From Raillietiella orientalis (lineage: Eukaryota), in assembly GCA_036172245.1 (NCBI GenBank), contig JAYWIR010000002.1:1798001-1862000 (forward strand): a stretch of 64,000 bases of DNA, given 5' to 3'. This document shows, piece after piece, positions 22,313-35,200 of the stretch. Below the pieces are notes generated by a model. It worked only from the letters and a program-made list of their open reading frames with translations, had not been told where the DNA came from and searched no databases. The position numbers were made by a program, and so were the translations under genes. Within the stretch, counting starts at the first letter, position 1, and the number at the start of each line of letters is the position of its first letter.

Positions 22313-25300
22313 ATGATGAAATCTGCCCATCTCATCAAACAAATCAACCACATTCAGCAATGTGTGTCTGCAACGCAAGTGTTCAGAAGGTTCATGGCTC
22401 TGAAATCTGAGGATGTGTTTGAAAGGGAACAGTTGCATGGAGCACATAATTACCACCCCATCCCTGTGGCGCTGCACAAAGGAAAAGGTGATTTCCTTGG
22501 TACTTTCTTCTTGAAGTAGTTTCTGGCCATTGCCAATGCAACAGAACTGCAGACCTTGCTTGATCTCTGAATTCCTAACTTGTGGTTCCGGATTGTGTTT
22601 TTCCTGCCTGTGGTTGCCCCACAGCGACAAACGTGATTTGCCATTCTGTTCGATGCTGCAACCGTTTTGTCCAATGTTGCAGCATGAGAGTAATCACATG
22701 CTTGCAGGAACAGAGGAACATTGCAGTTTCTGTTTTTGAATTCCAGCATAAATCTCCTTGTGTTTTCATAAATCAGACCGAAGAATCGTCTTCAGTTTGA
22801 ATAAAGTTAATACAGATCCCAGTATGGATTCCAGATGTGTCATTTGTTATTCTATCATTATTTCAGTTGCATGGAAAGTGTCATTCTGTGGGCACTTGGT
22901 ATGCATCTTGCAGTGATTTCAAAATTTCTCAACTATCACTTTAGGTTTCATGTTTACCTGTGTTCTGCTCTCTGCATCTAAGTATTGCATATTTAGATTC
23001 TGTTGCATGAATTCAAGTAAACTGGGTTTCTGTTGGGTCAGTCGTCTGTTTGCATTCTGTTATTACACCAGGTTCAATTTGTTCAAAGCTATTCCATTGC
23101 AGTTTTTTGCCATTTTTTTTTTGTTGTTCTTGTACTTGGGTTCAGTGGTCTTGCTTCATTACTTATGGGATTAATAGCTAATAGAGCAAAGCAGTTTCGT
23201 AGGAAGCATGCAGAAGATCATGTTTGTAACATTGCTGAGAATTCATCTGCATATGTTAAGCATCAATTATTTGTAGCTTGAGCCACCCATTGAAGGAACT
23301 TGTTTGTATTTGATATGCTTAAGTGTAATTTGTAATAATTTGAAACCGCTTCCTCTGATTGGTTACTCAGTGTTAGTCTCCGTTTTTTTCTTGTGCATGT
23401 GTGTAACAGGGATAAGCCATTACAGTTTTTACAAAGATGTAATTTCATAAGGGAAGATTTCGTGTTTGCTTGTGGGCGTAACGAGAAAAAAATTTGTTTT
23501 GCAATGCAAACTGAAACTAAGTTTTGTTTTTTTTTTGGTGCTTCCATGCCTTGAGGACTTGGATAGCAACGACGCGAAAAGTTCCCATTTGAAAAAACGA
23601 TTTGCGGTGTCATCTCGACTGTGAGGGAAGGGGGGGGGGGAGCACCCTGTCTTAAGTGTACACAGAATTTTGAATTCGCCGAAACGAATGTAAAGATACG
23701 CTGTCAAAAGTTCTAAGGCAACCGCATGGATTGTTCTTTAAAAGAGTTGGGAAAGCCGTATTGCTTTTCACGCTAGTACAAGTTTTGGTTGAACACTTAA
23801 AACTTTCTGTTCGAATCCATCTGTGACATGAAATGAAGAATAAACACTTTTGATCAGATTCCCTGTTACAACAAAGCGGCTTTTCTGGAAACCGTTGGCA
23901 TGGAAACGCAGTTCTTTCCTGCGGTGCGGAAAGTCGCACTTCGGTGCCCAGCAGCTGCTCGGGCAAAGCCCTTTGGCTCTTTTGAGTAGCAGCAAAGTTA
24001 GGTTTCGAAACGATGATGTCCTTTCAGAATTCCAGAATCCGTTGCTTTCCTTTCTAGATTTTCGTCCCGTGCTTTCTTTATATTTGTGCTTTGTGAACGT
24101 GTGTGTTTCAGGTGTTTATGTTTGGGACGTCGAGGGAAGAAGGTACTTCGATTTTCTGAGTGCCTACTCTGCAGTGAACCAAGGGCACTGCCATCCACGT
24201 ATTCTAAAAGTACTGAAAGAGCAGGCAGAAACCTTGACGTTGACTTCTAGAGCTTTTTATACCAGCACATTGGGAGAGTATGCCGAGTTTATTACTCGCC
24301 TATTTGGGTATGACAAACTTATGCCGGCAAGCTCAGGTTTGGTTTTTGTTTTTGTGTGTGAAGTATGACTGAAATTCCGTGAACTCTGCCCCAAACCAAA
24401 AAAAGCGGACTATAAAATGTATTAGTTTAAAAAACAAAAAAAAGAACAACGATCACATTTTGTACGTAACACATCTTAGTTGCGGACTTTTGTTTAGGAG
24501 TTGAGATTTTTTAAATCAAATCATTAACAGCTAAAGGAAAGGCATTTGGTTGTGTGAATGCAGTTTTTTTTTAATGTAATCGAGATACTCTATTTTCCAC
24601 TGGAATTGTGCATTGGTTTCCTGCAATAGTCGTTGTGGGAAGGAACATTTCTTGCAACACCCCAAGGTCACGTCCAGAGTATTTGGACAGATAATGTAAG
24701 AGTCGAATTTGATTGATTCGTGGTCTCTCTGGGGGTCATTTCAGCCTTTTTTTGTCGTTCTGTACACTCAAAAGAAAAAAAAAAAAAAAAACATAAACAG
24801 GGAGAACCCACACAACAACCGGTACTGTACCTTGAAATTGTGGTGCGTCAAAAGGTGTGAACCCACCATTCACAAAGAGTTGGTATAATCTGTACAGAAG
24901 GTCATTCATCCATCCGTTGCAACACCCAAAGTTCGTAAATCCAAATACGTCTCCCCCCCGACGACCTCGTTTGACATTCCTCCATCAGCAAAGGAACGAG
25001 AGTGTCTCAGTTCGTCGTTTCGTTTGATTGCAAGGTCGTGAAGGTTCTCGTCTTCGTGATGTGCATTATTTTCTCTCTCTCTCTCCCACACACACGAACG
25101 GAACACACCGCTGACAAATGTGCACGCCTTTGTGTACGACTGCGTGTGTGTTCAGTCCGTCAGTATGCGTTCATCCTCGAGCTGTATGCTGCACGCCAAA
25201 CTTATTGACGGTGCCTCCAAAAGCATTCGAGAAGTCGTTTCTGTACGGATGCGAGATGCGGATGCTGGATCCTCCTCGAAAACGTGCCGCCGTCCCCCTT

Positions 25301-27739
25301 TCTGCTTCGAATTTTCTTCGCCGTCGTCAAAGATCTCGCGAACGGAAGGCGGTGGTGATTTCTCGTACCGAGGAACTTCCTTGGTTTTCGCCGTGGCCCC
25401 AAAGGTCAATCAATCTGCTCTTTCGTCTTTTCCCAAAGAGGAATTTTTGGCGTGCACGCCACGTGCACGCGGTGAAAACGTCTCGCAGCTTCGCTTCCTT
25501 GGGTGCGCCTTCTTTCCTCTTCACTTCGATAATTACTTCGTATCGACTTCAAAGTCATGGGCATGTAAATGGAGAATTCGAGTATAAAAGCGTATGAATT
25601 GTGTTTATTGTGTTCCGGGTGAGTTCTCTTGGAATGTATTTTCATACCATTTACTCTTTCTTTTTTAGCTGAAACGGATCATTAAGTATAGTGGAAATGG
25701 TCCTCGTTCTTTTCGATTATTTGAGATGTGACTGTTATGCCACTGTGTGAGTTAAGGCAACTTCTTGAGGTTCGTCTTCATCATTAGGAAAGTATTGCTT
25801 TTCTCTAAAGGAAAGGACGTGTTCAGAATGATTGCGACTCGGAAATTTCGTGGGAATTCGTTCGAGCCGATGCGGCACGGTCACGCTTACAGACAAGGTG
25901 ACCCAAGACGACTGGAATTAAAATCACGTGCCACGTGACCAATTGCCAAAAGAACATGCTAACGGTATATTCGTCTGAGCGGTAGTATTAGTACTGGCTC
26001 CAAGATATGGTCTTTAGAGGATCATAACGCGCATTCACACCAAAGGAGGAAACGAAAGTCTTGTTTGTCGTTCTTTCTCTTCAGGTTTGATCTTCTTGCT
26101 CAGTCCGTGATATTGTTCTCGCCAACGTAAACTGTGTGCTATTACGATTTATTTTGTGCGATTTCCAGATTTTTGACGAGTTCAAACGTCCTCTTCGCTG
26201 AAAAGTATCCCTGTTTCGAAGTTGTTCAGGGTTTGGATTCCAGTGTTATCTCCCCCCCCCCCTCCTTGTAGCTGGAAAGCACTTTTAAATAAAACAAGAA
26301 CACGTACATTTTCACACTTGCGCCAAGTTTGTGCACGATGCATTTCGTGTGCGAACACAGATCGTCGCTTTCAGCGCTGTGAGACTGTGCGAAAGAGCGA
26401 AAATGTTAAGGTTCCGCGAGTCGACGTCAGGGCAGAGCCGCTGAGAGTCGTCACGCGTGGAAAATTCGTCATTAAATGATAGTGATCTGTGCATCGGGTA
26501 ATTGGGATTCATCCGTTCATTGGGATTTATTCGGTCGTTTTCGTTATTCTTCTGTCTCGGGCGTTTCACTGGGAAATACTTTGGCTGTGTAGTAGTAATT
26601 TTAAGTGATTATTCTTTTTGAAGACATTCATTCGCTGTCGTTCATAACAACCAGGAGTGGAGGCTGGAGAAGGCGCTGTAAAGCTCGTCAGGAAGTGGGG
26701 CTATGAAGTGAAGAAGATACCTGAGAATCAGGCTGTTGTCATAATGGCCCTTAACAATTTCTGGGGCCGAACGCTAGCTGCCGTTTCTTCGTCCTCAGAT
26801 CCCGTCATGTACCAAGGCTTTGGCCCGTACATGCCTGGATTTGAGCTAATCCCTTACGATGACCTAGAAGCTTTGGAGGTTTGTCGGTGCTTGACCAGGC
26901 CGCCTTCATTAACGCTCCCAGACCAAGTTGCAAAATCCCAACGTGTGCGCGTTCATGGTTGAGCCCATCCAGGGGGAAGCTGGGGTGATCGTTCCTCGAG
27001 ACGGATACCTCCGAGGAATCCGTGATTTGTGCACCAAGTACAATGTGCTGTGGATCGCGGATGAAATTCAGACAGGCTTAGCACGCACAGGAAAGAGGCT
27101 GGCTTGTGACCACGAGGCGGTGCGGCCGGACGTGCTCCTCCTGGGCAAAGCCCTGAGTGGCGGATTTTATCCAGTGAGGTCGCTTCCCGTTTTGGGGCTG
27201 ACGTGAGGGAATCTCCTCCTCCAGATATCCGCCATCCTAGCAGACGATCCTGTCATGCTTGTGATTCGGCCCGGAGAGCACGGGTCCACGTACGGAGGCA
27301 ACCCTCTCGCGTGCAAAATAGCCATCGAGTCCCTGAAAGTAAGATGAGGTTCCCGTATATTCTTGAGATGCTTTCTAGGTGCTCGAAGATGAAAAATTGG
27401 CCGATAACGCTACAGTACTCGGCGAATTCCTGAGGGAAAGATTGAGCAAGCTCCCCAAAGAGATCGTCTCCTGCGTGAGAGGGAAAGGTTTGCTGAACGC
27501 CATCGTCATCAGGGCTGGTAAGGAGAGTGAGGAGGAGCCCTCCCCGTGTCAGGATAAGGTGTTTTTCGTTTCCAGGATACGATGCCTGGGACGTTTGCCT
27601 CCGACTGAAAGATGGCGGATTGCTCGCCAAGCCGACTCATAGCTCCATTATTCGATTTGCTCCACCTCTGGTAATCTCCAAAGAAGAAATGGAAGAGTGC
27701 TGTGAAATCATTTCCAAAACGATAAATTCGTTCGGTTGA
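22313..27739 (+). CDS. OAT: Ornithine aminotransferase, mitochondrial-type (class III PLP aminotransferase), 7 exons, ~430 aa
   Basis: Exons 22313-22487, 24112-24336, 26655-26878, 26922-27173, 27225-27338, 27379-27517, 27576-27739 (sum 1293 nt, all GT-AG, phases consistent). Motifs [58 protein letters not shown] (PLP lysine), [18 protein letters not shown]. The N-terminus lacks acidic residues, like a transit peptide. Confidence 0.97.
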
Positions 27740-27752
27740 CTTGCAGGAATGC

Positions 27753-27758
27753 AATAAA
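27753..27758 (+). terminator. Probable polyadenylation signal of OAT (AATAAA)
   Basis: AATAAA 13 nt after the TGA stop, followed by a T-rich tract. Confidence 0.55.
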
Positions 27759-30700
27759 AGTTTTTTTTTCCTTCTTTTTTCGATTCCCCCTTTTTCTTTC
27801 CCTTCTGCCTCGTCTGCGTTTTCGTTTGCTCCCGCGTCGCGCGCGTGGCGCTGCGCTGCTGTCGTGGAGAATTATAAAAAGCACGGGATGAATTTTTTTT
27901 TTATTTTTGTCCGCTGCTTGGCGCTGGTGTAGCCTTTCACAGGGGCCTCCTTCGAGCTCTCTGTCGCAGCTACCTGAATGTCATGGACGGTGTTAGATCG
28001 GGCCCCTTTCAGCCGGAAATGGTCGGGAGAAGAGCCCAGCGACCACGGGGGATGGACCAACGCCAAGATCCATTCTTGCTCGTCTCTTTTTGCTCCCGCG
28101 ACAGGGGGATCCAAAGGCGAGCGCGCGGCTTTCGCTCCCTCGGATGTTGGCGCCGGGATGCGCAGCAGCGCGGGTTTTCGGCGCGCCAACGGTGCTGCCG
28201 TCGTCCGAGCGGCCGGTCGTCGGTCCTCTCTGAGCGGTGTCGCAACGGCAGCCAGCGTCGCCGTCGCTTTCCCTCGTTGCCACCGGACGACCGCCGTGGA
28301 CTCTCCCGCCTTCCGCCGGGAATGGTTCGCGGCTGTGTCCCTGCAAGGCTTCCCGAACCGGTGGCGCCGAGTCCGAGGGCGACGTACCACCTTCGCCAGC
28401 AGCCTCCTCCGCGTCCATCTCGAAAACTTTGCTAGAGGGCGAAAACGCAACGCGTCGCGCGAAGCGGTTCTCCTCGAAGTTGGCGGAACACGCAGCCATG
28501 CCGCCCTGTACACTACTTCAGGGGAAAGTTTTTGTGGTACACGGCTCCGCCGCTCGCCGGCACGTGGCGTGACCAAGGCGGACGTAAAAGACACAGTCCT
28601 GAAAATTTCGGACAGCCCTCAGTAGGTCGTCTCCCGCACCGTCGAAGACGCAGCTGCCGTGCTCTTTTTTCCCCCTTTCTTGATGCTCGAGTCTTCGCGC
28701 GACTCCTTGAACCGTCATGACCGACTCCCCAAGGCCGTCTTCGCGCTTACGCGCGAGGCTCGAGCGCGCTCCTGCGGGAACACCGCGTACTGATCCGGGG
28801 GCGAGGGATTTCCGTGTGGCTTGGGTGACAGTTGTGGTCCGGGACACCTCGCACTGTGACCTTTGAGAGGGTGGTTCGAAGGTCTGAGGGACAAAACGTG
28901 GAAGGAGGACGGTGCTGGCGGCCGCGAGAGGCAGCGACACGCGCGCCCCTTCAGGTTTTCCCGTGCTGCCGCCAGGTGTCTTCAGGGCTGAGCTCCCCCT
29001 GATATCGCCCTATCGATCGCGGCTATCGGGAATGCTTCGTGGTCGCGCCGAGACCAGCCTGCGGCAGCGCTCTCTCGCGGATGGTCCCCCCGAAGGCCTG
29101 ATCCCGGAGGGGGGGGAACTCCGAAGTCGGAGGTTCGCTTCCCATGGGGGAGAGAACTTTCGGCCCGTGCAGTTCCACCCACGCGAACAGTGGAATGCCG
29201 CCTCGTTTTCCTTGTTTTTCCTTCCTGGAGCTCTTCGTCGGGCAGCTTCCCTCCAGCTGGAGCAGGCAGAGAGGTCCTCGCTGAGGCCCTCGGAGCAGGA
29301 AGGAAAAGCATCCTCGAGTCCTGAGGACGAAGTGCGGAGGTGGGATGGAGGGGCGGTTGCTTGCTTTTAGCTTGAGGGCGGTCAAGCCGATGCCCTCTGG
29401 CGGTGGAGTGGGAGGATGAGCCGCGACACTGCCTGGACCGTTCCCGTCCTTCCTTTCCCTCCTTCCCGGAAGCAGTGAGAGCCCACTTCCCACGAGGAGT
29501 GTTTGGGATTCCGTCAGGAGGACACTCTAACCCCCCTTCCCCATCAGCGCCTCCGGGAAAAGGGGATGCTGCTGCTGCTATTCACCGGTGTCTCCCAAAT
29601 TCCCTTCAGCGGTGATTCCCGCTTGGACGCTCATCTTCGTTTCTCCCTGATCGGAGTGACTCCCGTCATCCCACAGAGGGAGGAGGGCAGCTTGAGGACA
29701 GCGACCCTCCTTTGCTTGCTGACCGGTAGATAAGAGCAGGCGGGGGGGGAGAAGAACCAGGGATTCCTTCTAGGTCCTCCCCTTCCGCGTTCTCCGTCTG
29801 CGAGTAGGCCCCCTCTTTGGAGGGAGCGTCCTCGCCCTGCCTCGCCCCTCGTCTCCCCTCTGGCTTTTATCCTCCCCTCCCTGGTTGCTTCGCCCGCGCG
29901 CGTGCTCACCAGAAAAGCGGAGGGGAGGGTGCAGGAGGAGAGGGGAGGCGCTCCTCTGACGCCCTTCGTCCTCCTCCGCCACATTCCGAGCGCACCCCTT
30001 CCTTCTCCATCCATTTGCCCTTTCGCTCTTCTCCACTGTTGCCCTTCTCCGCCTGTTTGCTTGAGGGTCCGCTGGTATGCTCTCCGCCCCCTGCTCGCCC
30101 CGACCCGCATTCGCCGCAGAGGAGTCTGCAGGGTGGACCAGAATGGGTACAAGTCTAGCCCCACGGCTATCCCATCAGTCCACGAGCCACGACCACCCCC
30201 GTCGCTGTCGTCGCCGCCGCACGCACAGAGGAGACTTTTCCGTCCCGCCGGCAGGCGGCAGTGCATGCAGACGCCGCCGGGAGCGCAGCCGACATTCGTG
30301 GGAGAAGGATAAGGGGGAGGGGGGAAGGGCCTGCCAAAAGGGAGATGTGGGAAAGGGTCCGTTTCCTTTTCGCACCCCATTCTTTCCAGGGGTGGAAGGC
30401 ACACGCGAAGGAGAGGAAGGCAGGCATAGGGTGGAGTGATGGGGGAGGACAGGAGAACGAGGGAAACCTCCCTATTCCCGCTCGAGAGGGAGAGGGGCTG
30501 CACGGGCGGCATCCGGACGCACGCGTGCTCTCAAACGACCCCGCCCGAGGAGGGGATGGAGGAGGACGGGAGTGCCGTGTTCATATGGATCTCAGGGCCA
30601 CCCTTCAGCACTTGGCCGTCCCACTCTCACCCCCACTTCCTTTCCTCGATACTCTCGCTTGTGCATGCAGATCTGTCCCCCCACCCCCCGTTCCCCTTCT

Positions 30701-31249
30701 CCCGGACGAGGAAACTTCCCGTTCCCGGAGACCGGAGCACGGGATCAATAGCGTACCGGTGGAGAGTTTTCCCTTCCTTCGGGGCCTCGGTCCCATGAGT
30801 TCCCGTCGTGTTCCCGCAGGCCGCAGAGGTGCAAAGAGAGGGCGTCACCGGGAGCACGCATCCTCCTGGAAGAGGCTTCGGACAAACGAGGGAAAGCCTG
30901 GAAGGGAAGAGGGGGGGGGAAGAAGGTACCGCGGTCCGAGCCCGGCGCGAAATCGGATCTTCCCGGAAGGGGAAGACGCTGCGAATCGATTGCCAAAAAA
31001 AAAGGGGGGGGGGGAGAAGAAGGAAGAAAAGGAACGGATCCTTCCCGGAGCCCTGCGGACCCATCCGAGTGGATAGGAAGGAAGAGGAGGAGGGATTGAG
31101 GAAGAACGAGAGAGGACCACGAGAAAGAAAGGGGAAGGGGGGAGGGTCACGGCAAAGAGGGAGGGAAGATGGGTCGTTCTCGTCGGTTGCGGTTTCCTCG
31201 TCCCCTCTAGAGTGCTCCGGGACACAGTCGGGCGGCGGGACGCTCCCCT

Positions 31250-31286
31250 TCGGACGGCGACGACGACGGCGACGGTAGCGGCGGGA

Positions 31287-31317
<31 letters not shown>

Positions 31318-31350
31318 AACGGCGCTGTCCTCTTCCGCCGCCGCCGTCGC
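31250..31350. repeat. (GAC)n/(GGC)n trinucleotide region upstream of the activin ATG with a 14-bp inverted repeat
   Basis: GACGGCGGCGGCGG (31285-31298) is complementary to CCGCCGCCGCCGTC (31335-31348). Confidence 0.75.
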
Positions 31351-31727
31351 GCCCGAAAGAAAAGCGAAACCGGGAGAGGCCTTTACTCTTCGGCGGGATT
31401 GCGGAGAAAAGGAAGGAAGGGAAAGGAAGGGGGGAGGGAGGGAATCTCTCTCTCCCCTCTCCCCTGCCTACCGCACACAGACGGAGTGGGGGGCGCGTGC
31501 GCGCGCGGAAGCGCTCCTCGTTATCCATCCGTCCGTCCGTCCTCTCTCCCCCCCCCTTCCTCCCTCCCTCCCCATCCCGGAAATTCGGCGATCCCGACGG
31601 AGCATGTGCTCCGCGCGCGTGGACCGGCGTGTGCCCCCGCCCGCCCGCCAGTCGTCCGTGAGGACCCGCCGGCTCCGGCAGCGATGACGTTCCGTAGGAG
31701 GACGCCGGGCCTGTGAGGAGGCGACGG

Positions 31728-32095
31728 ATGCGCTGGCTCTTCCTGGTCCTGCTGTGCCACCCCTCCGCGCTGGCGGGTTCCGACGCACCCGCCAGAGGCT
31801 GCTCCGAGTGCCGGGACCCGCCCCGGCGCGGCGCGCGGCCCGCCGCAGTGGCGGCGGCAGCGGCGGCCGACGCGGCGGCAGAGCCCGACGACCCTACCAG
31901 TGACCTGGACGACTTGAGGACGGAGCACGCGCGCAGACGCATCCTCCGCGTGCTGGGAATGCAGCAGCGCCCCAACGTGAGCTCCTCCTCCTTCCGGGGC
32001 AAGCTGGCGGCCAGCGCCCTCAGCAGGATCATGAGGGCGCCCGCGGGCGGCGACGGCGGCGACTCACGGGCCGCCGCGACCGCTGCTCCTGGAGA

Positions 32096-32137
<42 letters not shown>

Positions 32138-32241
32138 CGACGACGACGACGATGAGGATAGCGGCGGCGGGGAGGGGAAGGAGGGGGAGGAGCTGTCGTC
32201 TGCAGCCCGCACCGCGGAGTTCATCACCTTCGCCCAAGCAG
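31728..32241 (+). CDS. Actbeta: Activin-beta exon 1 (signal peptide and N-terminal prodomain with poly-Asp tract)
   Basis: ATG at 31728, hydrophobic signal peptide, CSEC, LRTEHARRRILRVLGMQQRP, ends ITFAQA G|GTGGGT. Confidence 0.85.
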
Positions 32242-35200
32242 GTGGGTGGGCTGCCGTCAGGGTGGGGCGGTGTCCTCCGGGTGCTTTCGAAGCGAGGGAC
32301 GGGGAGAAGGCCTTCCCGGGAAGGGCTGCGAGGAGTCTCTTCCCTCGCCCTTTCCCCCCGCTCCTCTTCCGGTTGCAGGCAGGCGGATGGTCCCGCGAGG
32401 TCTCCCCGCCCTCCTCCGGGACGTGCTGCCGCCTGCCGAGCAACAGGTGCGCGAGTAGGTCGCCACCGCCCTCAGTGGGCGGGCAAAGGGAGGGCGAGGA
32501 CCAGGGGAGGGCGTCCGACTGTGCCCTTTCTTCCCACCGAGGAGACCCGCGAAAGGGGGCTCAGGTTAGGAGCCGGTGGCGAGTCCCCGCGGATCTTCAG
32601 GTACCAAGCGCGGGGGAGCTTCCCCCATCCTCCCTCGTCCTTTCCATTTCGCTGCGGTCCCTCGACTTCCCCCCCCCCTTCCTCTCCCCCCGCCCTCTCT
32701 CAATCTGCGCCGGGGGAGGACGATACGTTCTGGTCTGAATGCTGGCGATCAGCTGATCCGATCCATCCTGGCCGTGCGGGCGGCAGCCGATCCCGTCGCC
32801 ACGGAGACCGGAGGAGCTGCTTGGCCGAGAGCTCTTTCCGCCGCTGCCGGCTCGGTGGGGGGCTGATCAGTCCCACTTTCGAGGGGGTGATCAACTCTTC
32901 CGGGAAGGGCTGCTTGTCTCTTTTTTCCTCACAGCTGCTCTTCGTTTCCGTACTCTCCTCCTCCTCCCATTTTTCCTCCCGATCGCCCGAGCGGTGGAGG
33001 GGACAAGCGAGGAGACCGCAATCTCCGGGAGCATCCTGCAGCGCATCGGGATGCGTGCGCGCGCTTAACGGAAAGGCACTGCCGCGCCAAGAGCAGAAGG
33101 GAGGGGAGAAGAGGCGACGTCCTTCGTGTACCAACCCCGTGCCCCTTCCCGGGCGAGAGGACGGAGGTGGTCCGGAAGGAGAAAGATGGGCAACCCCCTA
33201 CTTTCGCTGCGTCGGGAGTAACGGGGCTTTCGGGAGGAAGGAGGGTAGCCAGAGGCGATCGACTTTCGCCCTGAGGGATGCAGGTCTCCTGCAGGAACCT
33301 TCCGATTCGTGCGTCCCCCTCCCTCTATCTTCCACCGCGTTTTCTCGGGAGAAACGGGGCATAGAGGCTTGTGGTTCCCTGGGGGAGGTGCTACCCCATC
33401 CGCGTGCGGGAGCTGGGGGGGGCAGCAGAATCGGAATAGAGTGTGGGAGAAGAAGGCACCCTCCAGGGGTCCTCCGGCCGCCAGAAGGACGTTTCGATGG
33501 ATCCACCCCTCCTTCTCTCCCGATTCCCGAAGGAGTTTCAGGAAGAACCGGACGCGCCAAGGGCAAGATGTGAAAGAGAGGATTCTCTCTCGTTTCTTCC
33601 TCGCACCTCATTCTTTCGGGGGTGGAATGGACACACGAGGAAGAGGAAGGCAGGGAGGATGGAGTGATGGGGAAGGGTGGAGGAGCGAGAGGAATCTCCC
33701 CTGTCCCCCTTTCCGCTCGAGAGGGAAGACGCAGGGAATCCCCGCCGGTGGAGAAAGTCCCTCCTTCCTTCCCTGGCTCTCCTTCCCGGCAACCACCTTG
33801 AGAGGAAGTGGGGACGCCTCGGGAGCCCAAGATGGGGTGGGAAAGGGATACTTCCCTCTCGCACCCCTATACAAGACATGATCTCCTTTCCGTTTTGGGG
33901 GGCGAGAGGAAGAGGTTTCTACAACCTCCCTGTTTCTTTGAATGGGGTGGACGGAATGGATCGAGGAGTGGAAGGGTTTTTCTCCCACCCCCGAGTCCCC
34001 CCCGACGGTCGGCCGGAAGGAGTCCTGGTGCTGACTTCGGAGGGGAAGGGGTGAGGAGATTTGAAGAATATCAGAGGCAGAGGGAAGGTGGGAAGACCTG
34101 CGAGCTCACCCTCGTGCCCTTCCGGAAAGCCGAGCCCGAGGGAAGCGCGCATCCCGTCCCTCGTTCTGAGATGGTGCTGGCGACGGCTGAAGGGGGAGGG
34201 GGAGAGGCATATAGGGGAGGGAAGGACTCCAGAATTCGTCAAGTCTTCCCGTCCGAGGGGAAGAACAGCACCGGCCGAGCCCTCGGGGTCAGAGGGGGGA
34301 GGGAAGGAGGCGGAGAACAAGGGGCGGAGCGGGGGGAATGTCTTGCACCGGGGGAGGGAGGGAGGAGGGAGGGGACGTCCGTCCCCCTTGCAGTATCCCG
34401 CGATGGCCAGAAAAGCGAAGGAACTTCCTCTTGTCCTGGCGAACACAGGAGTCCCGGAGCGTCCTGGACCATGAAGGCAGGGACACCGTTAGTGAGGAAC
34501 GCGAGGGAAGGAAGAGAGGGAGCAACAATCCCACGCATCCACCTTGCCTTCCCTTCGTGGGATTCTCGTACCCTTCGGGGGAGCTACGGCGGAGCTACTC
34601 CCTCCTCTTGCGCCCTACGAGTGCACCGGAGTGGGGGGATCCAGAGCTCTCGACGGATCGTGGGTCGATCAGTGAGAGGTGGAGGAGTCCAACATCCCGA
34701 TGGGAGGAACGGTGGTGTCATGGAAAAGGAGAGAAGGTTAGCACTCCCCATGACAAGGATCGGAGGAACGGAGCCAGCGAACTGTTCCCGTCTGGAAGGC
34801 TGTGCGAGTTGTGAGAGCACCCTCTGTGGCGCTTCAGGAGGGGGCTCTGCCCCGAGGGGGCCGCCGATGCGCCAAAGGTCTCGGAGGGAGTCCCGATGTC
34901 TCCTGGGAGGAAAGGAGGAGCACCCGCGAGCCCAGGACACTTCTCCCTGCTCGGGAAATGCCCTCTCCTGAGAACAGGGACGCCCCACTCGAGGGATCAG
35001 ATCCGGAGGTGCTGTTCGCCCCTTTCCTCCCTCCCTCACGTGAATGACCCGGGAACGGGGGCCAGAAATTTTTTCTTGCCTGGAGAGGCGCTCCCCCTCC
35101 CCATTGGCTCCCCGGGCATCCACTATCCTCTCAAGGCTTATCTTCCTTGGAGGAGTTGAGGGAGTCACGCTCCTCTGTCCCCGCCTCCTACTGGCGTGGC

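Noticed and set aside
27737..27757. OAT stop in a TGA-C (leaky) context
   Set aside because: Read-through would add only a few residues (LAGMQ) with no targeting motif, and the second stop overlaps the polyA signal.
30845..32443. 532-aa minus-strand ORF with poly-Ser
   Set aside because: Antisense shadow of activin exon 1 and its GAC repeat.
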